The notes beneath the pieces were generated by a model. The model ran no database searches and was not told the DNA's origin. It was given only the letters and a program-made list of their open reading frames with translations. A DNA stretch of 64,000 nt from Mytilus edulis (lineage: Eukaryota), in NCBI RefSeq assembly GCF_963676685.1, contig NC_092354.1, positions 22,816,001-22,880,000 of the forward strand, read 5' to 3'. The translations under genes and the position numbers were made by a program. Positions 54,346 to 64,000 of this stretch are shown here, one piece after another; the stretch's first letter is position 1; every line of letters begins with the position of its first letter.

Positions 54346-55204
54346 AAACTTAAGCTTTAAAAACAAATCTGACATGAAGTAAAATTGTTCAATTGGTCAA
54401 GATCTATCCGTCCTGAAATTTTCATACGATTCAAAAACCTATTGTCTGGTTGCTGCCACTGAATTGGTAGTTTAAACAAAATTTTGCAGTTTGTTGTTAT
54501 TATTTCGAGTATCATTATAAATAGATATAAGCTGTAAACAACAATAATGTTCAGCAAAGTAAGATCTACTAAAAAGTTAACAACAATATGACAAAAATTG
54601 TCAATCGACCCTTAAGGAGTAATTGCCCTTTAAAGACAAATTGGTCATCAAGAACAGCTGCGATCCCAAGACACTTAAAAAGAAGGAGAAATGTATAGTA
54701 TATGGATGAGGTATCTGATCTGATTCCTGTAAAACTACTTGTGCAGAAGAAAAAACTATTTCCCCAAGTGATGAATTGGTATGCAGTTTTGCAAAAAAAC
54801 ATCTTTCGAAATTATTAAAATATATTTAATCAGCAATCAAAGACGGGCTTCAAAGTTATTGTGAAACTTTCTATTCTAATTGGTTTACATGAAAAATAGT
54901 GTGAATTTACAAAAAAAAAACTTTTATCCTAACTCCTAAATATCTAAAGATTTTGAAAAGATATATAATGTTGCCAAGTTATAACTACCAATTTGGACGA
55001 AATTTGAGATTTTGTATGGTTTTATGGCAGACTTGCTCTTAACTATACAAATTCTGGGTATGAATACACTACAGTAATTTTAGTTCAGTATACACATGTC
55101 ACTTTTAAGCCACGCCATTGACGGATGTGGTTATTCTGGTATTAAATCTATTCCATAGACATTCAATAAGTTTTTGCATAGTGTTCTGGTTAGTTACACA
55201 GGTA

Positions 55205-55668
55205 ATTATACCCCACGCAACGGGTTGCGGAGGGTATAATGTTTTGACCCGTCCGTCCGTCCGTCCGTCAGTCCTGTTTCTTGTCATCGCAACTCCTCTC
55301 AAACCACACAACAGAATTTCACGAAACCTTTTCAGATAATAAGGACATACTATGTAGTTGTGCATATCGACGGGAAATTGCGATTCAATTTTTTTTCTAG
55401 GAGTTACGCCCCTTTGAACTTATTTACTTTAATGTACTACTGCAACAGTTTGTCATCGCAACTCCTCTCAAACCACACAACAGAATTTCACGAAACCTTT
55501 TCAGATAATAAGGACATACTATGTAGTTGTGCATATCGACGGGAAATTGCGATTCAATTTTTTTTTCTAGGAGTTACGCCCCTTTGAACTTATTTACTTT
55601 AATGTACTACTGAAACAGTTTGTCATCGCAACTCCTCTCAAACCACACAACAGAATTTCACGAAACCT
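55205..55668 (+). mobile_element. HINE-type element with ~170-bp tandem array
   Basis: ATTATACCC..GGGTATAAT hairpin, (GTCC)n, then near-identical units at 55281, 55450, 55620. Confidence 0.85.
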
Positions 55669-56339
55669 GTTGGTGACCTTCTGCTGTTGTTTTTTTTCTA
55701 TGGTCGGGTTGTTGTCTCTTTGGCACATTCCCCATTTCCATTCTCAATTTTATTATGTTTTCTGCCTTTTCTTATATAATTCCCCATTTATGGGCATTAT
55801 GTATTCTGGTCTGTCTGTCAGTCAGGCTTCAGGTTAAAGTTTTTGGCAAGGACATTTAAACTTAGTACACATATTTCCTTTGATATGATATTTCTAATTT
55901 TAATATCAAATTATAGTTTTTACCCAATTTGAATGGTCAACTGAAAATAGAAAATGATAGTGCTGATGGGGCATCTGTATACAAGGGACACATTCTTTTT
56001 ATCTGATATGTCTTGACCAGGTTGACATCCTCTATCCATAAATTTTGGTCACACGATCCACTGCTGTAATTTATTATGTAAGCTAACAATAGTTTTGTGA
56101 TGTTTACATGTATTGTTCCTTCGTTTGTAACTAAAGAGAAAGGAAGAGAAAATTGAAAGGTCAATCAAGAGGGTTCAAGTCAAAAGAAATAACAAATTTG
56201 AGAAAATGACACTGGAGAAAAAAGAAATCCAATCACCTATATTATGCAAAAACGGGACCCCATCCCAAAACTGATGGACATTTATTTAATTGATGTTTTT
56301 GTCAATTTACATTTTGTTTCCTAATGTTTACAATTCTTT

Positions 56340-56795
56340 AGAATCAGAATAATGCTTTCATTGCTTGGTTTGCCTTTGATTTAAGAACCATGCTCAGTCC
56401 AGCATTTTGTTCGCTGGGAAGATGATGGTGCTGTCACCCATGGTTCCCACATTCCTGTCTAGGACACCCCATGTTTTATAGCTGGTCACCGTTTGATGGA
56501 ATGTCACCAAGGGCCAAATTATAGGCAAAATAAAATTGGAAAGGTAATATTTTTTTTAAATGATTTAATTAAAAAATTATATAGTAAAGTTCAATTCAGT
56601 AATGATTACATATCAATAATTTTATTAACAGTCTTTTGAAAAATGAATGTTTTAAGCTTTTTAAGATTCTTTTAGGAAAATGAAAATGACCACGTCTATA
56701 AACAAGCTGCACAGAATAAAAGAAACACTGGTACAAAAAAGCTGGGTTGCAGTGCAGCAATATACATGAGGGAGATTTCTTTCCACAGTACAAGG
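56340..56795 (+). pseudogene. Decayed exons resembling CARF/ALS2CR8-like (Mutator-related) domain
   Basis: PCFIAGHRLMECHQGP and KRNTGTKK-GCSAAIYMREISF; stops and frameshifts. Confidence 0.4.
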
Positions 56796-57595
56796 TAAGG
56801 AAAAATTCAGAAGCTAAGTTATACCATTAAACTGCACATATCATCTTCTGACAAATCCCAATCTAACTGCTGTAAGATGTCTATACACAACATTTAGATT
56901 GTGATTCCTTGTATATATCATCTACTAATGTACTGTTTATGTATACATTTCAGGTATCAGTCATCCTTATAATTAAAGATATTTACTAGGCAGAAGTCGA
57001 CTCTCATTTATAAATAACGGCACCTTTTAATGTAAAGTTTAGTATAAACATTATTGAGTTCTTTGTTATATGTTGGTTTGTTAATTATCTAGCTGTAAGG
57101 GCTGGACAAAAAAACAGTCATGCATTTCTTTTCCTAGGTAAAAATAAAAGCAAAATAGTTTGTCTTAATTGTATAAATAAATTTCTAAATATTCCATTTA
57201 TTAAACTAATAAACTTTAAATGTATTTTTTCCTGGCTTCTTATTGCGTCTCATGTCTTATAGCAAAGTGTATCCTTGCTATACTTGCAGTCTTAAATTGT
57301 TACGATTTTGTTACGACTTCTAATTTGTCTATTCTAAATGTACATTTTTTATTTAAGGTGTTTGATGCGAGGACTTGTGTTTCGTTAGTAGATCCACTGA
57401 AAAACATTGATTCAGACATTCTACAAACTATTGGGTAAGTTAATGAAAATAACATTAATTTTTAGAATATTTCCATTAAGCAGGCAGTAGGTAATATTTA
57501 TTTGAGCCCATATGCGCTTTCTATTGGTAGGTCTTATTTTAGAATATGTGAATATGTTGATGTTTCGACGAGTTGTGTATATATATATAAGTACG

Positions 57596-57705
57596 TCTGA
57601 GGTCGTGTGGTATCGGGGCGGCTGCAGTGCAGGCAATTTGGTGTCACGATATCACAGTAGCATGGGTTTGAATCCCGGCGAGGGAAGAACAAAAAATTTG
57701 CTTTC
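57596..57705 (+). other. tRNA-like/Pol III A- and B-box segment upstream of the Penelope-like ORF
   Basis: GTGTGGTATCGGGG (A-box-like) and GGGTTTGAATCCC (B-box/T-arm-like); no clean cloverleaf. Confidence 0.35.
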
Positions 57706-57749
57706 GTTAGATCTGTAAATTTGCTTATATTCTTACTGCTTATTCCATC

Positions 57750-60394
57750 ATGCATTTGCAATTTGATTTTAAGAAATTAAGATCTTTTACTATCAAAATT
57801 ATCAAAACAGAACATCATATTTCAAATTTAGAAACGTTCATTGATCAAGGAATTATTCCAAAAGGGTTAGTTTTAAAAGCTTCGCCACTTACAACATGCG
57901 AGAAGTCAAACAGATTTTTACATAGATGGAACAATATTCTATACAACAATTCCTTTAGCCTGATGGATCTTTTACGTCAAGAAGCAATTCATCCAGATAA
58001 TAATTTATACAAACTTGGTGATAACTTGCACTGCCGATCTCGTAACCAATTCAATAACTTCACGTCAAGCAGATAAACAAATTTAAACGTGATGGTTTGA
58101 AAGTTACCTACCCTTTAAACAGTCCTTCAAAACAATCTAGTAAAAAGCGTCGCAACCGTAGATTAAGAAGAAAAATTCATAAAACGGCCAATCCCAACAA
58201 CACAGTTGTCAATTTGTCAACAGTCTATTTAACTGAGTATAAATCGAAGTATTATCTAAGGGTTTGAATTTTTGCCCTACTCCAAGTAACATAGATAATA
58301 TGAAACTGGAGGATGCCATCAATAACTTTGCCAGAACCCTCAGAATTAAAGAATACTTTGGTGAGGAGGATAATGAGGAAGACACAATTACGTCGAACTC
58401 GGAGGACGAAATCATAATTCCGCATTTCAAAAATAAGAGTTCATGGATTCCAAAGCTCAGCAAATCTGCTACACTGGTAAATGTTATTGACAAAATCAAA
58501 TCGGATGTTGTACATCTAGCCAGCAACAAGTACTCGTCGTTTTATAACACCTCTTCTGACGAGAAAAACGCAATACAATCACTGAGAAACCGAGATGATA
58601 TTGTTATAAAACCAGCAGACAAGGGAAGTGCCGTTGTGATAATGGACAAAGCCAACTACATCGCGGAAGCAGAGCGTCAGCTCTCTGATGAGAGATTTTA
58701 TAAGAAACTTGACTATGACCCTACTTCCGAGTTTAGTTCAAAAATTATTACTGCGTTACAAACCATGCACATTGACGGTCACATAGATAAGGATACAATT
58801 GGAAAACCAGAGAACGCCAAGCCTGATTGATTGTGACTTCTTCCTAAAATACACAAGGTTAACAACCCTGGTAGACCCATTGTATCCGATAACGGCCACC
58901 CGACTGAGAAAATCTCGGAATTTGTAGACTTTCATTTAAGATCTAATGTAGAAAATCTTCCTTCTCACATTCAAGACACTACAGATTATTTTCGCAAAAT
59001 GAAATCCATGAATCCTCTTCCTCTGGAAACCCTCCTTGTCACTTTAGATGTCACCTCATTGTATACCAACATACCGCCTGATGACGGAATACAATCGTGT
59101 AGGTAAATATGGGACTCGCGCAACACTTTAGAACCTCCTACCGAATGTTGAGTCCAGCTGCTTACTCTTACTTTTACCTTTAATGGTGAGAATTACCTTC
59201 AAATAAACGGGACAGCGATGGGGACGAAAATGGCACCGTCTTATGCACATATTTTCATGGGCAAATTAGAGAAACAAACTATTTCAACATCTTTATCCAA
59301 ACCCCTGTCTTGGTTCCGTTTCATCGATGATGCATAGCCAGAAATTAATAGTGGTTTTGCTAATTAATATTCATAATATGTAAATGAGAATTGTACCACG
59401 TGATAGTAGTTTGAACTGGACTGGCTTAATATCATTAAAATCTTTAAAACACGGATATTATAAGTTGCCCGTCACAGAGTCCTTATTTACAATCACTTTG
59501 ATATTTCAGTAAAGTTGTCAGGCGGTCAAAATCAAAACAATGAACGCGAATTTAGTGAATTGTTCGTGCTTTCGTGAGTTTATTCTTCTTGAAATAGTGA
59601 CATTTTAACTTTACGTGGGAACCTAGAGTTCAACGACTACACATACAAGGTTTGGACTTGCTTATTCTTTGGAAGTTCAAGTTTCAAATTTCACCTCGGG
59701 AACCTGTTTTTGTAATGACCTTAGTAGCCAATTTTCAACACGAAGTTTGCAAATTTGACGTTTCAGCCATTTTAGCCTGTATTTTACACTGCAATGTTAA
59801 AAGCCTCTCGCTTCGATTTTTAAAATAGCTCAGGAACATGTATTTTTGCAACAACAGTCATTATGTTTCGTTTAAATGGTGTATATTGTTGTGTATATTC
59901 ATTTTCTGCCCCGGCAACCTGTCTATCACTTAAATTAAAATTAGAAGACATTTTTTCAAAATTCCCCATCATTTTAATGCAATTTCCGTGACCCGTATCC
60001 GATTTCTTTAGTATAATATTCAAATAAGCAAAGTGGCGTTGATTTCTGGATATGGTTGACATGAAATGGATTGAATCCCAACAAAAATTGGATGCTTTTA
60101 TCAGACATGCAAACGACGCCCACCAGTCAATTAAATTTACATATGAAATGTCCGACTCTAAGATATTTCTTAGACACAACTACATCTATGAAGGACGGTA
60201 TCATATCAACAGACTTCTACTGTAACCCTACAGATAAACATCAGTTCCTTTCCCAAAGATGTCATTCCAAACACTGTACAAAAAGTATCCCGTACAGTCA
60301 AGCTCTCAGCGTAAAGTGGATTTGCTCCTCTGAGGAGGCTGCCACTCAGCCGTTACGGGAACTTCGCGGATTTTTTAATCAAACGAGGTTATAA
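57750..60394 (+). mobile_element. Penelope-like retroelement RT pseudogene, 3' truncated (no GIY-YIG domain seen)
   Basis: [75 protein letters not shown]|VDMKW, SIPYSQA; stops and frameshifts. Confidence 0.92.
59333..60054 (+). mobile_element. ~720-bp CATAGCCAGAAAT-TIR element (copy 2) inserted at the RT FIDD motif
   Basis: GATGATG|CATAG...ATATG|GTTGAC. Confidence 0.92.
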
Positions 60395-60439
60395 GCTGCA
60401 TGCCAAGCCCGGGCTTTTAAGGTGTAAGAAGAATGCGAG

Positions 60440-61125
60440 GAAACTGGAAACATTTAGAAAATAAAATTGGAATGCTGATTTTTTAAAATTAAAGAAGGTT
60501 TAGTCTGGTCTGCCGAAACAAATAAATTGCATGGTCTCACAGATTTTGAAACTGCAGAGGGGGATGAAATAGCAACCAATATCATACAGTTTTTTCTTCA
60601 AGAGCTTATTTTCAGACTTTGCTTACCCCTGTGCATACTTAGCTGTAAAAAACTTGACTGGAGCTCAAGTATATAATGCCTTTCTGGGAAGGGATTTACT
60701 TGTTGCATCGCTTTGGATTCACAATTTTATTGTTAATCTCTGATGAATAGAAATTTCTTAAAATATTGTACCGAATCATTTCCAGGTTACCCACAAGCTC
60801 AACATTTGTGCATAAATCCTGTGAATGGCGGACCTATTTTTTCATGTCTGATCCACTACATCTTATTAAAAAATTGCGTAATAATATTCATTCAAGTGGT
60901 CATACAGAATGCCACAAAAAACAGTAAAACTAGAAGGCAAAGAAATCATTTGGGAACATTTTGTATCTGTATCTAAAAAGGAATGTAAAAAGAGTTTTAC
61001 TAATTACAAAGTAAAATGCAGATGCCATTTACAAAAATGAGAGTAAACCTAACCTAGCTGAACACACATTAAGTAATGCTGTTGCCAAAGAAATGGAAGA
61101 AATGAAAATGAGGTTACTAAAGCCA
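60440..61125 (+). pseudogene. P-element/THAP9-like transposase fragment
   Basis: KIKEGLVW..LHGLTDFE..IATNIIQF, AYPCAY, LISD, FMSDPLHLIKKLRNN, IIWEH, KMRVNL; frameshifted. Confidence 0.8.
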
Positions 61126-61494
61126 CTCAAAAATATATATAAACGAAGTCATTGCCAAATAAAGCGGACCCAGCATGTGGAGGTAACAAAGAAACGTTAA
61201 CGTTCAAAGAAAAATTAAACCACCTGTTGTTGTGCCAGAAGGCAGACGATCCGTGTTTATGTATTTGAAGGTAAGTCTTGTGTTTTTTTGTATCATACCC
61301 CTTAGATTTGGGTTGAGCTATTTTAGTGTAAGCTTTACAAATTTCTAATTCATTCAACAAATAAAAAATTCCTGCAATTTGGCTTTCCTGTTTAGTATAA
61401 AACGAGGAGATGTGGTATGATTGCCATGAAACAACTATTCATCAAAGGTCAAATGAAATGAATGTTAGCAATTATAGGCAACCATACCAGTCAG

Positions 61495-61575
61495 GACGGG
61501 TCGGTACTTTTAACGAGATCGGTAATTTTAACGAGATCGGTAATTTTAACGACCAAGCATCGGTAAAACTAACGA
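61495..61575 (+). repeat. 18-bp repeat TCGGTAATTTTAACGAGA x3-4, probable TE terminus
   Basis: Direct reading. Confidence 0.75.
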
Positions 61576-62117
61576 TTTCAAGGACGCGCTCTTTCTTTTC
61601 ATTCAATAACAAAGTGTCAGCATCAAAAACAAAGTGAGTTGTTATTTATCGAAAGTTCATATACTGCTGAAAAATTCTACCGAAACTTTTCAAAATCCAT
61701 CGAAGCATAAACAAAAAATTGAGATTCAAATACTACTGTAAAATTATTCTGACTTAATAACAATATTCAAAAGACAAGTCTCAGATTATGTCACCATGCT
61801 TCATCATTTCAAAATAGATACACTCTTGTAAAACACATCCTCCTTTTATGGAGCACCACAATTTGTTGGGCCTTTTGGGGATACGTTGGTGTATTGGTTG
61901 TTCAAAAAAGAAAAATTATATTTATATGTAATGATTAGTTATGTCCAAGTGCAAATTAATGTCTCTTATGTGTATATCCTATAATCTTTAGATAAAAAGG
62001 TTGAAATTTAAAAAAGGGGGGTGGGGTCCAGGAACATATTGAAAACCATCGGTTCTTGTTGAAACAATCAACAATCAAAAGAATATAGTCCCTAACAGAA
62101 TATGTAAATTTGTAGAT

Positions 62118-63156
62118 ATGGCAACAAGTAGAACTACAAAATACCAAAAATGCAACTTTACAGAGAAAGGAAAGTTTGAAACAACAGTGACAAGGGAGGG
62201 TAGGAGCCGAGGTGATGCTTACTACATTAGGACCAAGACATTGCTGAAGAAAGCATCAGAATTGCACACCTCAACTGGGGCCCATGTGAAGGTGATAGTT
62301 ATCCCCACCTGGCACAATGGGAAATCCAAGGTGATTTGATTAAGAAATAATCATCTTATTTTGAATGTGTATATATTATTATCTTCAACTTAATTAAGCC
62401 ATATTAAATCTGTAATGATACAAACAACCCGAACATATACATACAGAGGAGCTTGAATACTTCACACCATTAAGATATTACTTTCAAACAAAATACTTTA
62501 ACAGATATCATGATGTTGTCAAGTTCTGAATACTGCGACTAATGCGTTGGATACAGAATACTGTGTAGCGTGTTATTTTTGCTTTGCATGTTCACTTTTA
62601 ACTTGCCAATTTGCGAAAATTAGATTTCAATATTAAATGTTATTGTTTGCTTTTGTGTGTCTGATCAGTTCCTGAGTTGTCTTTTGTCATTGAGTACCTT
62701 TCTATTTATATAACGCTTTGGTTTTCAACCCTGTCTTACTGACAGTCACACAGGCTTCATTTACTATGTTAAACTTTCAGGCATTTGAATCAACAAACTT
62801 TCCTGAACTGGTGGCAGTTGATGACCATACACAGGAGACTGAAGCTGGGCCAGGACAGCAAGCAGATGCAATTACTGCAATCCCCATTAAGTAGCCTCTG
62901 CCATTAGCAGAGGTGAACACAAACACAGTCACTCAGGCCGCTAAAAAGGACAAATGTGGCATCTGTTCAATTGTATACAATTCAGATGCAGATTTCTTGA
63001 GGCACTGGGTTTAATGCTCTCATAAAAGCTGCAGTTGGTGGGTACATTGTAGATGTCTGTGTATTTATTACCCAACAACTGCAGCTGGACTGAAAGCATT
63101 GAACAAGTGGGCAAAAGACAGAATTTTTTGCCCAAAACATATTGTTAAAGTTTGAG
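62118..63156 (+). pseudogene. Two-exon decayed gene: MADS/SRF-like segment plus C-terminal PHD-like finger
   Basis: Exon 62118-62330 RTKTLLKKASELHTSTGAHVKVIV; exon from 62781 ..CGICSIVY..HWV*CS..CSWWVHCRCL..FCPKH; stops and frameshifts. Confidence 0.55.
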
Positions 63157-64000
63157 TCATTTATGCATATATATTGTTAGATTACTGTTTGTTTTTAATA
63201 TATTACTGTTTTAATTTTTAATTTGTTTTGTTTAAATTTTAATAGTTGTTAAAGCATTAAAAAGGTTTAAATTTGTAAAAAGTTGTCTTCTCTTCTTTGG
63301 CTTATATATTCACTGACAAGAAAGAAGTGTTTACAACCGGAGCGCCATCTAAGGAAAAACATGGTGGAGACCAGAATATGTCATTGTTACATTTCTAGGT
63401 GAATAGTGAGAAGTAGCAATGTTACATTTTATAATTTCGAGAAGCTTAAGGTTGTCTGTGTTGATACCATGTGTTTATATTCTAAAAGCAATGGCTCCGT
63501 GTTGAAGGCCGTACCTTGACACATGTGGATCAGGATCTGCTTACACCTCTGGAGCACCTGAGATCACCCCTAGGTTTTGGTGGGGTTCGTGTTGCTTATT
63601 CTTTAGTTTTCTATATTGTGTCATGTGTACTATTGTTTTGTCTGGGTTTTTTTTCTTCATTTTTAGCCATAGCGTTGTAAGTTCATTTTCGATTTATGAG
63701 TTTGACTGTCTTATGGTATCTTTCGTCCCTCTTCTACAATTGTTTTTTGGATGGAGATTTGTCTCATTGGCACTCATACTACATCTTCCTATATTTGTTA
63801 ACAAATTTCGGACCATCAACCAAAATATTTTAATTTTAACACGAGTCCCAAAATCGAACACAAAATCATTTCAAATTTAAGCAAGAAATTGACAAACGTT
63901 AGTATTAACTACACTACACTAAACATTGAAAACGAAAAACGAAAAACAAATGAGAAACATGGCCCCGAATCAATGGTTTGTACTCAGAATTTTGCTTGTT

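Noticed and set aside
57596-57705. Functional tRNA gene
   Set aside because: No convincing acceptor or anticodon stems.

Overview
AT-rich eukaryotic DNA with GT-AG introns. The repeat inventory suggests a marine invertebrate, probably a bivalve (Mytilus-like); this is inference. I see no ordinary host gene: the window is a dense nest of transposons. The best-preserved unit is a complete 11.3-kb ISL2EU-type (PIF/Harbinger-related) DNA transposon at 27705-38978, with an AT target-site duplication (TSD) and imperfect GGC terminal inverted repeats (TIRs). It carries two convergent, fully spliceable genes: a 5-exon SAP-SWIM-YqaJ exonuclease (+, 517 aa) and a 2-exon THAP-HTH-DDE transposase (-, 445 aa). 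To its left are two truncated Harbinger elements (Myb/SANT gene plus DDE transposase), EnSpm-like and DUF6589/Academ-like fragments, and a gene at the left edge in which a YqaJ exonuclease appears to sit inside a P-element-like transposase, the most novel candidate. To the right are a recent 2.5-kb inverted duplication, a spliced P-loop NTPase fragment, BEL/Pao, Penelope-like and P-element-like relics, and a MADS-like/PHD pseudogene. A ~725-bp TIR element, present twice, appears to make 1-bp TSDs. All transposase relics left of ~42 kb are on the minus strand and all coding relics right of it are on the plus strand. Family assignments come from motif recognition by eye, not database searches.
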